A stretch of DNA of 64,000 nucleotides. It comes from Moniliella sp. 'wahieum'. Its lineage: Eukaryota. Shown one piece after another: positions 25,962 through 40,126 of the stretch. The stretch lies in contig RSEE01000066.1 of NCBI GenBank assembly GCA_003971905.1, forward strand, positions 124,001 to 188,000, in the 5' to 3' direction. Both the position numbers and the translations under genes were made by a program. The notes under the pieces are model-generated. The model saw nothing but the letters and a program-made list of their open reading frames with translations, had not been told where the DNA came from and ran no database searches. How positions within the stretch are numbered: the first letter of the stretch is position 1; every line of letters begins with the position of its first letter.

Positions 25962-26678
25962 GGCGGTGGGATGGCGTAAAGGCCAGTAGGGTAGCGCAAC
26001 GGGCCGTCTGCGAATCCGCTCCGCATGCCCAAAGGAGGTGGGTCGTTGATTAGCACCACGACTAGTCTTCGCAGCCAGAGCGCCGCTCGGCAGTCACGTG
26101 ACATGTGGTGCTCTAGCTTGAACCCCCCCCCCTGCTTGCACCCTCCTCAGCACCAATTTGGAGTGCCATTATCGCCGGGATACAGCAGTCCAGTGGTCGG
26201 GTCGTCCTGTTTGGACACGATAGCCATGGCCTGCATGGTACTATGGAGAGTATAAAACACAGAATGGAGAAGGAGAGGGGGCCCTAATCCTCTGGATTTT
26301 TGGCTAATATCGGGGAAAGCCAGGTCAGGCCAATGGGAAACCACACACGAAACTCACGCCGAGAGTTGTCTTTTGACTAAGAAAGTCATGCTAAGTTGGG
26401 TTATACGGATAACGAGCCTCCATCTGAACCAATCATGGAAAACTCGGTCATGTGTCTACACTTCTGTCCTAGTATATGCGTGCCATATAGCCCAGTTGCC
26501 CAAGCCCCCCGGTGCTTCGACAGCATGATGTGGGTGCGAGCTGAAATTGAAACATGCGAAAACAGAAGTGGCTGTTGACGGCTGGTCTGCCCTCGGGTTC
26601 TCTCTCGTAGCGGCCGTGCATGTGGCGGAATGGCATGGCAGAGGCGGAATTGAGAAGTAGGCCCTGCTGGCGGCGGCG

Positions 26679-29600
26679 ATGCTGCCAACACCACGAACGA
26701 GTCCAGGGCCCAACGACTACGACGACCTGCCTAGCATGGCTTCCGTACTCGACGGCTCCGCCACCCCCCCGAGGACAGCCATGCAGACACACTGCGCATT
26801 GAGATGCTTGGCGCTGGCCAAGAGGTCGGCCGCAGCTGTTGCGTCTTGACCTACAAAGGTACGCAGCCCCCATCCGTCTCCTCGCTATCCTCCGCTTCCA
26901 GCCGAGTGTACTGACCTCGTCCTCTGTCCCTTCAGGACGGACGATCGTGTGTGATGCCGGCGTGCACCCTGCATATACCGGTCTTTCTGCCTTGCCCTTC
27001 GTCGACGAGCTTGATTGGAGTACCGTGGACGCCCTCCTCATCACCCAGTACGTTGCGATCGTGGCTCTCTCGTGGGCCGCACACAGGCCCAAACTGACCC
27101 TTTCTCCTGTCTCCCAGTTTCCATGGACCATGCTGCTGCCCTTACATACATTATGGAAAAGACCAACTTTAAGGATGGGCCTGGTAAAGTGTACATGACC
27201 CATCCCACCAAGGAGGTGTACCGCTTCCTCATGAGCGACTTTGTCCGTATCTCCAATGCCGGGTCGGATGACCAGCTATACGACGAACATGAAATGCTCT
27301 CGTCCTGGCGGCAAATCGAGGCGGTGGACTACCACCAAGAGGTAAATGTGACGGGTGGTATTCGCTTTACACCGTACCATGCTGGTCATGTGCTGGGCGC
27401 ATGTATGTTCCTCATCGAGATGGGCGGTCTCAAGATTCTCTACACGGGCGATAGTCGCGAGGAGGACAGACATCTGGTTCAAGGTGAGGTACCTCCAGTC
27501 AAACCTGATGTTCTTATCTGCGAATCGACGTATGGTACACGCAGTCATGGCCCACGGCTGGAAAAAGAGCAACAGTTTACCAACATGATTCACAAGGTGC
27601 TTTTGCGGGGTGGGCGGGTTCTCCTTCCTGTTTTGTCTGGGGGCGGGCCCAAGAATTATTGCTACTTTTGGATGAGTATTGGGCCAAGCACCCCGAGCTG
27701 CATTCGATCCCAATCTATTATGCGTCGGCGCTCGCTCAAAAGTGCATTCGAGTATATCAGCGGTACGTCAACGCGATGAACGACAACATTCGCAACCGCG
27801 TTAAACGACGCGACAACCCATTCGTCTTCAAGCACATTAGCAATCTAAAGAATCTGGACCGATTTGAGGACCGTGGTCCCTGCGTCATGATGGCATCACC
27901 TGGTATGATGCAAAACGGTGTATCGCGGGAATTGTTGGAGCGGTGGGCGCCTGACCGCAAAAACGCGATCATCATCACTGGCTACTCTGTTGAGGGCACT
28001 CTTGCTCGTTCTATCATGGATGAACCTGAGGAGATTACGGGGATGAATGGACAGAGGATCCCGCGTCGCTTGGCAGTCGAGTCCATGTCTTTCTCGGCTC
28101 ATGTGGATTATGGCCAGAATAGCCAATTCATTGACGAGGTGCGGCCTGATCATGTGGTCCTTGTTCACGGCGAAGCCAATACGATGAGTCGGTTGCGAGC
28201 TATGCTCCAGGCTCGATACAAGAACCGCGGAGAGGACGTTAAAGTTCACACCCCACGCAATTGCGAGCCTCTCTTTCTCACCTTCCGTGGCGACCGGCAA
28301 GCCAAGATCATTGGTTCCTTAGCCCGAAATGAGCCTACCCGGGGGCGAACGTGGACAAGCTTATTGTCTCCAAGGACTTTGTTTATACCATCTTGGATCC
28401 AAGCGACCTGCATGACTTTACAGGGTTGAACGTATCGACGATTCTACAGCGTCAAAGGATCGCATTGCACGTGGGATGGGAGATGGTCCGGTGGCACATC
28501 GAGGGTATGTTTGGTCGGGTGGTTGAGGGAGAGGACGTTGAAGGTTTCAAGACGCTGCGGGTGATGGATGCTGTGGATGTAAAGCAAACAGGCCCACACG
28601 AGTGATTCTCGAGTGGGTATCGTCCTTGCCTTCTGACATGGTTGCCGACGCGACCATTGCTCTCTTGTTGGGGGTATCCTCATCTCGCGCGGCTGTCAAG
28701 TTGACTACCAAACCCCATCAGCATGGCCATGATCACGAAGAGGATACTAAGGATGAATCCCAAGTAGCTGCGCCAATCGCACCCGAAGAGCAGACTACGA
28801 TCCAAGACGAAACCGAGCAAAAACTGACAGCAAGTCCCCATCCATTTAGCGTGTGGCTCAAGAAAAGCCGGCTCTTGCCATGAAGAGTGAGACTACAGAT
28901 GAGGAGGTTGGCTTCGCACATGCTCATCATATGCTCACCAGGACCGAGACGATCGTTGCGATCTTGAGGGTCATTTGGGCGAAGTGACTGAGATCACTGT
29001 AGGCTCGGGCGTTCTTCCGCTGGTTGAGCAGGTTCCGAACGAATTTGCCTCGGTTCCTCGGCCCGCATCTGTTCTCACGTCCGGTGTTAAGACGGAGGAG
29101 GAGGCGGATGTTGAGATGACCGAATCTTTGAGGCCGATCCCAAAGCGACATCTGAATCGGCACCGGCATCTGAACCCGAGCACCCTCGTATCACTGCTGC
29201 ACGGCCTATTGATGCGCTGCAGGGCCCCTCCCGCCTTGCCCTACTCGTTTGGCTCGACGATTCGTGCGCGGCCATTGATGTGGAGCAATTGGTGATTACG
29301 TCGGCTTCGAGCGCGTGCGTGCGTACGCGCGTGCACCGTTGCATCGTCCTTGCCTTACAGGCTTACCCCGCTCGCTGACACATTCACCGTGGACACCCCA
29401 CTCAACACCAACCTGTTTGCGCCGCCCCCTAAGAATGCTCCGACGGACGCAGACATGGAAGCGGCGAGCGCTGCGGTTGACGACACGATCGATGCAGACC
29501 CTGAGCAATCGGTCAAGCCGCTCGCGAAGCTCGTAGCGGATGAGCGCAAGTCCTTAACGCCTGGAGATTCGGCGGACAAAGTCGATGATCTTGATACCGG

Positions 29601-29715
29601 TACCAGCGCCAATTTAGAGGCCAAGCCGTCTTCGTCCGGTTCGAGTTTGACACCCCTATCATCGCACATTGACGAGCCCATGGTGGATGCCACTGCTACG
29701 ACGGGTAGTGGCTAA
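26679..29715 (+). CDS. YSH1: mRNA 3'-end endonuclease Ysh1/CPSF73; introns 26859-26935 and 27048-27117; frameshifted
   Basis: [34 protein letters not shown], beta-CASP region MMASPG, FSAHVD, LVHGE, and the CPSF73 C-terminal domain. Confidence 0.96.
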
Positions 29716-30435
29716 CAGGCATCTCCTTCTGGCCCAGGGAGAGGCAACAGGGCTTTGTACCAAAAGACAACATATAAGGTCGATTTGAAGTGTATGGCAT
29801 TTTGCGGGGCACAAATGTGTCGGGTCTGCTTAAAGGGTCTGTCGCATGGGGTGCAATGAGGATAGGGTAGTGAAGATGGGCAACGTGCTTGGGGGGTGGC
29901 AGGGTGCGATGTATATAACCAGTCTGAGGCGCGCTAGGCCATGCTGGACCTGTGGTCAGGCGCTGGCTACGCCGCGTGAACGTTTCACGAGGGATGCCGT
30001 AACGCATCAACGTTGAACGTTTTCGCTGGGAATAGGAGGCACGTGGCAAGTGTGCCACGTTGATGATAGCCGGCCCCCGCCCTTGATGCCCCCCTGTCCC
30101 TGAAACGCAGGGCGATCGTATGGCGTCGCCTCGCCACCATCTCCGCACCGCATCCCATCCTAGTCTCCACGCAACACGTGAGTTCATGTTCTTCATCCAC
30201 AGCTCACTGAAGAATCTGCACGTTCCGCGTTACATCTTCATTACGCCCTGGGCTTCCGCGCACAGGGAACCTCTTGCATCTAGCAGAAATTGGCGCTGTT
30301 CACATCCACTCACGCACCCTGCTGTGCAAGCGACAGTGGCATTGCCCAATCCCTCGTGACAATGCACACGCACCCTCTGCATGCGCCTCTTACTACCTTC
30401 TTCCCCCCCCCCTCTCCAGTCGACTTCTGCCCTGA

Positions 30436-30899
<464 letters not shown>

Positions 30900-31482
30900 A
30901 CTGTGGTGTACCCAATCGCACTTATTTCGACCTTTGTTCTTATCCCATTTGGCTTTTCTCCCTTCCTCTCCTGCATGAATGTGTTCGGTTCGTCCATTCA
31001 ATCGGAATTTTACCATCACGGAATCACACGATGGCCTGTCTTCCCAGGGATGGCGGTCGCTCTCCTCGCGCTGGACGTAGTCTGCACACTGTATTTTCCT
31101 TTCCACACCCCGGGTGGTAGTAATCACCTCCGTCCCCGCTCCCCCACGTGATAGGCCCGGTTTCGAAGTCCTGGTGACATGGCGAGCCCAGTGGCAGCCC
31201 TGCCCACACGACCAGTCTCAGGGGGCCGGAGATTACAGCTTGCGTTCCACAGCTGGCCACACCAACACCCCGCAGCTGCAGTCATTAATCAAGCTTCAAA
31301 CTCCAGAGCGTGCAACGTGGCACTATCGGGACATATACGTAACATGGAGTACAACCAACACACCTTCGTCGCGTGTGGCGCAACCGCCCCCGCGGTTTGC
31401 TTCGCCTCACCATCCCATCCGCCTCCACCGTCTTCCCCGTCCCGCGCTTCTGGCCTTTCCCGCGTGGGGACACGACCCCAAC

Positions 31483-33064
31483 ATGTCGCCATCGCTGTGG
31501 TATTACATTTTCCCGTGGGGATCCCTGCTGCGCATGCTCGGCATATCCACTGGTTCAGACGGCGACTATGAGCAGGTCCTCCAGTCGCTGACCGAAAAGA
31601 TCGAACAGGTGAAGAGCCGCGTAACCCAGGTCCGCCAACGCGAGCGCCGTGCCGTGTTACCATCCCTCTCTTTGCCATGTCTTCATGGCTCGTTTACACC
31701 GTTGTCGCTGCTTGGTTAGGCCGTCTCAATACGACGACCTTGGCGAAGCCGCCTTATGGCCCTTTTTCTTATCCTAGGCCAGGGTAGCGCGGTTGGAAGC
31801 TCGACTACAGCATATTGGCTTCCCACTTGCTCATTCCTCTTGCCGTTGCATGCTCGCGAAGACCCGTGCAGTGGTGGTACGGCCGCGTAAACGCTGCCGA
31901 GGAGAAACACCTTGCTGCTTTGATCCGCAAGAGGCGAGGTAGATTGAAGAGATTAAACGAGTGACCAAATACGACCACTTGCGCCTGCTTCTGGACCGGT
32001 ACGATGATACCCGCTCCCAAGCCTGACTCTGCAAAGAGTCGCAAACCCAACGCGAAGACGGCCCGGGAGAGCGTTCCCAACGGTCCAACTGGCTGCTTCA
32101 CAAGCGAAAGCTGGAGGAAGGCAGAGCATGCCTGCCCTGGGTGCTGCGCCTGCGCCAAACAATTCACTTGCTCTCCCTCCTCGGCCCCTCCCAGCATTAT
32201 CAGACTTTGGCCCTTCTTCATCTAATCAGTCTCTTCGCTCGGGACGCTCCATCTCAATGCCATGGGGTAGTGGTGGCCCCGCCGCCGCCTCCTCCCGCAT
32301 CGGGCGCGACGCTTGTTCCGGGCCTGTATCTACTGGCTCAGAGATGGCCCGTGGTAGGACAGGACAGAATGGCCAGGGTTCGCTTGCTGGACCACAAGCT
32401 TCGCAGCCACCCACCATCTCAGGCGCCACAGCCAACGGGCCCACCCCCTGTGCCGCAACGCACGCTGTTGGACAAGTTGGCCGATGCCATTCTCGGACCG
32501 GATCCTTCGCTGCGTGCCCCTGGGCCTGAGCAACGCTATGCCTTGATCTGCCGGTCATGCCACCGACACAATGGGTTGGCGTGGAAGGAAGACTGGGAAG
32601 AGATTCGTACGTGCTACCCATCCTGCTTGATACGGAACTGACGAACTAACATGGATACTGTGGCAGAGTACATTTGTCCTCATTGTGGCTCTCTCAACTC
32701 TAACCGTCCTTCGACCGTGCCGGTGACTTGGCCCTCGATGCCCCTGACACCGAAAAAATCGCACCGAACCCTGCCGCCCTCTCCCAGTATCAAGTCAATT
32801 CGACTGGAAGAGACTGACAAGGAAGAGGGGGCTGTGGATATTGCCGAACGCAAGATGGCTGACTCCCCGACCGACCGTGCGCACACGCCTAGTTCGAGTC
32901 AACGCACGGCTTCCCCCAGTCCCGGGACAGCCGCGTCCATCACTCCGACAGCCACGTCATCGTCTTTGAAGGAGCCTGCCTCCGACATCCGGCACCGCAC
33001 CTCCGCATCCGCACCGGAGCAATCAGACGAGATGGAAACCCCATCTACCTCAAGCGCCGAGTGA
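31483..33064 (+). CDS. LNP1: Lunapark (ER junction protein); intron 32607-32666
   Basis: DYEQVLQSL coiled coil and TM region, LDKLADAILG, zinc finger YALICRSCHRHNGL..^QYICPHCGSLN. Confidence 0.9.
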
Positions 33065-33903
33065 GCATATGCCACAATTGGCTCGAGAGGCAGAGTAAGA
33101 TTTGCCCGTCGGTCCCGCCCAACCAACCTCCCGTTCTTTTCTCCTTCAAACCGTCGACCTTCCCAGTTTCACCTACGCTTAGCCGTATCCTCTGCTGATG
33201 TTGCGACTGGCACCGCCACCCCCCCTTGGCTGGGTGGTATGAACCCTAAGTTCGTTTCCTCTGCTCTTTTCACATTCCCATTCCTTTTCTGTTCATATTG
33301 GGTCCGATGCCCAGCGGCCAAGAGCGCTTGGTCAGCGCGACTGGCCGAGGGTGCGGGCAGGACAACGTTTCTGTTGATTTTTGCTTGTCTGGGAACAAAA
33401 CACCGGGGCGCATGGGGCTACGCTGCCTGGTCGACCCGTGTGGCGCACTTGGACAAAATGAGCATGCTTCTATCACCAAGCGGCGCGGTGTTTGGGGTGG
33501 ATGGGGGCCAACACAGGGCAGACATAGGCTGGCGTGAATGGCCTCGTAGACTGGCGGCTATTCCGATTCGGATTGGATGGGGGCAAATCCGCGCAGGGCT
33601 GTCGCGAATATAGAGGGGACAGCGACACAATGCCGGTCAGTGTAGCTAATAGGAAACAGCGATATTCACGAGGCGGCGGTTGCTCGGTGTGGCTCTGGTT
33701 GCGGCGGCGGTGGGTGGGGCAGATTCAGCCACACTGGCTCCCGTCGTATAAAGCTAAGCTAAGCTCCTGCCGTGGGGCGCCGCGCCCGGTGGGCTGAAGG
33801 GGCGCATGCACGCTTTACCTCGCCTCCTTCCTCGCCCTCTTCATCCCCATCCTCGCCCTGGCCAGACGCCCGCCCCCATCCTCTCTCTCCCGCCCCCACC
33901 CCC

Positions 33904-36900
33904 ATGCCGCCCCAAGCTGCCCCGCCGCGCCGCCACATCTCCCCCGACAACACAGTCTCTGGTGCGCGCCGTCGCGTCTCTTCCATCGCATCCGCCAATC
34001 CTCGCCCACACCCCGCCACAGCCGCTCCGCCCACCAATCCACCAAAACCCGTCCCAATCGCCTTCGACCCTCCGCACCCAGCAAGGCCCGCCAGCCGCCT
34101 CACGCAAAAGCCACGGTGCGCCATCGCTTTCCGTCCGCTGCGCCAGCGCCTGCCCCGGCCGCGGAACCGTCATTGTCACACACCAAGAACCTCGGTACAC
34201 AGACCCCTCCAGCGAGCCCTACCGCTTCTCACAGCGCTCGCTCTCACGCGACAAAGGGCACGCCGCCTTTCACCAAAGGCAAACCAACTGCTTCCAGCAA
34301 TGGGTCCCTCCATTCGCCGTCTCCCGCCAAATCCAAGCAACCACCGCCGTTTTCTGCCGTGCCAACGGCAGCCCCAACCACCCCGTCTCATGCGCCAAAG
34401 CCACTTTCGGCGGGCCGGTCCCCTCCCCACGTATCTGGCAAGTCGGCATTCAGCCATTCCCCAGCATCTTCTGTGCTACGCCCTGCTGTTCCCCCTTCCT
34501 CGCGGCCTCTATGCCCCGATGCCAAGATTGGGATTGATTGGTACCAACCCTCTGCTCAAAAGGCTGTTTCACAACGGCGGGATTCCCGCATCGTCGTCTT
34601 TTTGACATCGACAATACGCTGTACAGCCGGCGGGCAGAACCGATTATTGCGGGGGTGTTAAAGGAGCGCGTCCACTCGTATCTTGCGTCGGCCAACCTTC
34701 CAGCGAAGCAGGTGGCGAACATTCAGAAACGTTATCATCTCGATTATGGCCTCACCATCCGCAATCTCCCTATGGACCTACTCGAGTTTGATGCGCGTTG
34801 CGATGCGCCTCTCCCGCTGGAGGACATCCTCTCTCCGGACCCGCTGATCCAAGATCTACTCGGTAGTCTTGATCGGAGTAAATGCCGAGTGGTAGCGTTG
34901 ACCAACTCGTACAAGTTCCATGCTGCACGAGTGCTCTCCATCCTCGGTGTCAAGCACTTTTTGAGGCGTGTGTCTTCTGTGACTACACCTCAGAACACTT
35001 TGTGTGCAAACCGGAAGAGGCGTATTACTTGGCTGTAAGTCTTATTGTCCCTCTGCTCATCATAGTGAAGCTGACACTCGCTCTCGTGCTTACCCCCTCT
35101 GCCCCACAGGCCATGGACGCCGTAGGAGTGAACGACGCTAGCAAGTGTTTCTTTGTTGATGACTCGATCGACAATGTCCAGGCTGCCAAGAAACTGGGCT
35201 GGCAGTCCTGCATCTTGTTCGATGAGCCTCGATTTGATTCAAACGGCCAAGACGCAGGTGGCCAAGTGGTCAAAGTCAACGGTGTAAACCCGATGGCTGT
35301 CGCGCCCCTCACGAATGATAGTACCGGTACCTCAATGATGCCCCTCTTGGCTGGCATGACTGGCCAGTTGAACGAGGCGGCGATCCAGAACGAGTTTGTC
35401 AAGCTGCCCCATGCCACTCGGATCCGGCTGATTGACGTTCTGTTTGGCGCTTGCACCCAAGCCGAGCTGATTGTCTTGTCGAGGTCTCTGAATGCTCGTG
35501 TTCGCAGCTCGCGAGATGCCATCACCGGTCTATCGCAACCAGTGCATTTGCATATTTTTGGGTATCTTGACGTACCAGACCTACTGCGCTGCCGGCAGGT
35601 GTGCACCAAGTGGGGCGGGTATCACGCACGCCCTCGTTGTGGAAGCGGCAAGCACTTCGTTTGACATGGGGTGACCCCGTACCGATCGTACCACCCGAGG
35701 ATGAGAGGGAATGGGAACAGTTGGTCAAGGGGCGTTTTGGCGAGAGCGAAACTGGGCCCAGGGGCTGGCCCAGACGATTGACTTCTTCCATGGCCACACG
35801 GGCTATGTGACGAGCATCAAGATCAAGGGCCGCACCACCCTGGTAACGGGCTCCTACGACGAGACGGTAAGAGTATGGGATTTGCGCACGGGTAAGTGCA
35901 CCAAGGTGCTCAAGGCCAAAGCCATCAGCTGTCTCGACTTTTTGCCCGACGACAACATCCTCTGTGCAGGATTGTACGACACGGGAAGAGTGATGGTCTG
36001 GAACATGAAGAATTGGGAGCTGATTCAGACACTCAACGGGCACAACAAGGGCATCCGTAACGTGGCACTGAGTAGTGACTATCTCATCAGTTGCGGACAG
36101 GACAAGGCAATTGTCGTCTGGGATTGGAAGATGGGACAAAGATTGTTCGTCTGGGCCAACAGAGCAATGTGAGCCTCGGTGTTTCTATCGTTGACGAAAC
36201 GAAGATTGTCGCTGTGACGGTGGATGGGGTTATTCGTACCTTCTCCATCCCCAATGCTTGTATGATCCAGCAGTTTGACCTTCACAAGCTTGGCGGTCCA
36301 TCGACCAGGGGGGGAAGCCATGCTCCAATGGTTTCACTCCAGTTCCAAGACGATCACGGTTGCCTCCAAGCAGACGGTCGTTCACCTCCAATGGCAAGAG
36401 AATTTTGTTCCCGTTGAAGAATACATCCCACCGTCCGAGATTCGCAAGATTGTATCAGCCCGCTCTGCATCCTCCGCAGCCAGTTCCATTCGATCCCGAA
36501 AAGATTCGATTCGTTCTCTCTCCCGCGCGCCAAGTAGCATGAGCTCACGTCCTCCCGGTCTCCTAGCAGTCTAAGCATTCACCACCCTGCGCCTTCCTCC
36601 AGTTCTACCTCATCGGCTGCAAGCCCTATCCGCTCCCGGAAAGATTCGACACGTTCGATTTCTCGTGCACCAAGCAGCATGAGCCTCGCATCTTCACGGT
36701 CCCCTAGTAGCCTCAGCACACACCACCCTGCACCTTCCAACACATCCTCGATCCCTTCATCCCAGGGCAGTTTACGCATTCGCTCTGATTCGAGCGTCAG
36801 CACCACGTCCTCGGTAGGTAGTACCGTAACAGTCACTCCAAGTCGACGCACAAGCATTTCGGCGGCCCAACACCGCAAGTCAGCTTCGCAGAGTACCCCT

Positions 36901-37959
36901 CCTGCACCTACGTCCGAGCCGCGCATGCGGCGTCTTTCCTCTACATCATCTTTGGGGCGAGGTGCGCCGCCGTCGTCAGGGAAAGAAATGCATAACCTCA
37001 CACGATCGGCGTCGGAATCGACCTTTCCCTCTGCACTCAACGCTAACAGCCCTTCAAATCCAGTTGCGGTTCTCCTCAACTCGGGTGACGTCCCGTCGCA
37101 CATCGGCTGTACTTCACCGTCACAAGTTGCAGACCCACCCTCGCTGCCCCGCACGAGGAAGAAGAGTCGACGGATGACTTTGACAACAGCACTGACAGCT
37201 TTTCTGTGGGGCCCACTCCAATGTGGCTGTCTGATCAACATCGGCTGTTTTCTCAGTCGGAGGAGTCAGTTAATGTGCTGGGGGAGAAACACAGCAGGTG
37301 TACACTGGGCCAATGCGCTATGCTGCCAACCTTGGTGCTCCACCCAAAGTGGTCGAAGTTCTTCATTCACCCGACATGGCTACCGGCGCGTGGATGCAGC
37401 AGCCAAGCAGCGCATCGTGTGCAGTACATTCAGTTCCCGCGCCGTTCCGACCGACGCCTGTATGTGAGACATACCATACCGTGACCCCTCACTCGATGAG
37501 GAGAGGGACAACACTATACCCAATGAAAAACGACCCGTCTCTGGCTCCATCTGTGGACTCAGCCCCACCCGCTGATTGGGCCACTGGTAAGTTTGTCCCC
37601 ATTACAGGGGCTTGGACAGCGCGTGAAGCCGAGCTGCAAGCACGTTCAACCCGGCCCCTAGCCATGGTGGTGGACCATGAGAGTATCGTGGTGGGCTGCC
37701 ACGATGGCACTCTTTACCGTATCGGTTTTGTCGGCGATTCGTATCGGCCACTTCGACATGGAAGAGGGCGAGGCTGAGGAAGGAGAGGGTGACTCTGGCC
37801 GGCCTCGAAAGATGGAAGGGGTCGATTATGTTATTGACGATATTCCATGTTGAGAGAGACGTGGGGCGGGATCATGCTCCCTCCCGATGCATCCCTCGAT
37901 CATCACGGCCCCCCCCTCCTTCAGCTCAAGATCACTGGGCTCCTCTTGGGCTCAAATAA
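33904..37959 (+). CDS. Fusion protein: Pro-rich N-terminus, HAD pyrimidine-5'-nucleotidase-like (Sdt1/Phm8-type) domain, F-box and WD40 repeats; intron 35035-35109
   Basis: HAD motifs DIDNTLY, LTNS, CKP and FVDDS. F-box DAITGLSQPVHLHIFGYLDVPDLLRCRQVCTKW. WD40s GHTGYVTS..TGSYDETVRVWD and GHNKGIRN..SCGQDKAIVVWD. Confidence 0.85.
36464..36738 (+). repeat. Intragenic tandem duplication, two copies of ~47 codons
   Basis: SSAASSIRSRKDSIRSLSRAPSSMS..SPSSLSIHHPAPS versus SSAASPIRSRKDSTRSISRAPSSMS..SPSSLSTHHPAPS; ATGAGC at 36539 and 36679. Confidence 0.9.
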
Positions 37960-38501
37960 TTCTTTCGTTGTACCTCTTCTAGCATTATTCATTCCCTCTT
38001 TTTCGTCTGCTGTGGCATGATCTCGTTAAACTCCCTGTGGCTCACTGTGACGACTTACCCTATTGTATACGGGTCCAAAAAACAGATTGAACCTTTGTTT
38101 TGTTGTGGTCTGATGGCAGAGAACGTGGTATACATCATTGCTGTTGGCCGTGGCCCCCTGCCCCGCCATGAGATGGCACCGATTGTCAAGAGAGCAGGGT
38201 GGGTGATCACATTAGCGCCGATGAGACAAAGCGGGGCCGGAGCGGGGTCTGGCTTGGGGGCCTTGTGGGCAGTGGAGAGAAGGCAGCAAGGGCCGCAGAA
38301 GCGAACAGAGGAACGCGCAGCAGTAACGGTAGGATCTAGGAGGCGAACAAAACTGGAGGAAAGTGAAAGTTAAAATACCTGCGTGGCGCACAGGCAGTGT
38401 AGCGTCGCTGGGCCGCGTGCGGGCGTGCAATTGTGAAAGTTTGAACGCGGGCACTCGGGAAGCGGAAGCGGAGCGCGCAGGACCGACACGTACAGCGATC
38501 G

Positions 38502-40126
38502 ATGGCTGCGGAGGCCCGTCGAGCAAATCGCGGGTCTGTGCCAAGTCCAACGCCGGCGACGCCCAGCCTCTGCTCCACCACTTGCTCACCGCCTCCTCGT
38601 CATGTCCACCAACTACTTACCCAGCTAACGCAGGACGTCGAGATGGCAGAGGCTGATGCCCATGACGACAGCGGCCGCTGGAACTCATGAAAACGGCCCA
38701 GGTCACCGTCAAGGAAAGCATTTTGCGCGTCGAGAAGGAGTTAAAGGACAATGAAGAGGAAGTGAGTACCGCGCCCCCCTGTTTGCTGGCACAGCTCTTA
38801 TTTAGCTCCTATATGTGTCACCCCCTGACCTTTGCCTTGTCCCTTGGACAGAAACTCAAAAACTGGGTGCGTGGCTTTTGCCGCCTGGCTCTCTTCTGCG
38901 AGAACCGCCGACTTCCCGTTCGGCGCGAAGACGTAACCAAAAAGAGTACGCTGTTCCCGCGCCCCTTGTGCTTCCTCCTTGTCTTACCACCTTCTCTTTT
39001 CCCAGTATTCAATGGCGACAAAACAGCAATCCGCATATTCCCGGCTATTTTTCGCCAAGTCCAGCGTCAGCTCCGCAAGACATTTGCCATGGAGCTTGTG
39101 CCTCTGCGGCAACGCGGCCAAGAAAACGAAGCATTGCTGCAACAGAAGCGAGAGCTACAAGCTACTCAGAATGGTTCCGCGGCCACTAAGAAAGATGAAC
39201 CCAGTCCTGGTGTGTGCTACCATTCCACTGCTTTCCCGGATGGGTTTTGTCGTACTGACGCTACTGCACTTTAGACACTTCCAAGGCATGGGTTCTTCGC
39301 AGCGTGCTGCCTCCGCAGATGCGCAAGGAGATGATGGTGGCTGCGCGTCGCCTTGCTCGTGGTGGGCCCCAGCAGTGAGGAGCACAAGGCTTTGAGTCAA
39401 GTGCGGCCTGGGGACCCCCAGGGTTTGATGGTCGACTGGCAGAAGTACGACGCCCAACTGGGAAGCATGGGCCTCCTCTACATCGTTCTTGGTCTCATTC
39501 TCTTGTCTGGCCGAGAGCTGCCTGATGGTGAGTGCCTGTCGCCGTTATGGTTGAAGTTGCACAGAAGCTAACAGTCTTGATTTCAGGCAAACTACGTGCC
39601 TATCTCTCCCGCCTTGGACTTACTGCCAGCTCGATTCTACCCCGCGCATTGCGCCCCGACGATACATACCCTCCTGGGAAGCCTGCTACCGAACAGAGCA
39701 GCTTGCCCGCTCGCCAAACCGACCAGAGCCCGCACACGGTCAATGACTGGCTGGAGGTTCTTACCAAACAGCAATACTTGGAAGTGGAAAACAAGAAGGC
39801 CACCATCACGGGCCAGAGGCAGCGGCGTACGCACACGAACCGCAAGACGCGCTCAGGTGACGATGGGGCAGGAGGAGGTGGACTTGGTGTGGAAGTGGGG
39901 CGGGCGGGCCGAGGCAGAGGTTGGGGAGGAGGCAGCCGCCAACTTTATCGCTGAGATCATGGAGGATGGCGTTGAGGTCACAGCCACCCAAGAAGATGAA
40001 CCCTTGGCGCCCGGCCAGCGGCGTCGGCGCAACCATCGTGCGACGCAGGCCGAACCGCAGGTGTCGTTGCACGATAGTCTTATGACGAGTGTCGAGCGGG
40101 CTGTGGGCTCCCAGTTTGTTAATTGA
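38502..40126 (+). CDS. NSE3: MAGE-family Smc5/6 subunit Nse3; introns 38762-38851, 38946-39005, 39210-39274, 39528-39586
   Basis: RLALFCENRRLPVRREDV, LRKTFAMELVPL, KAWVLRSVLP, GLLYIVLGLILLSG, LTKQQYL, WKWGGRAEAEVGE. Confidence 0.85.
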
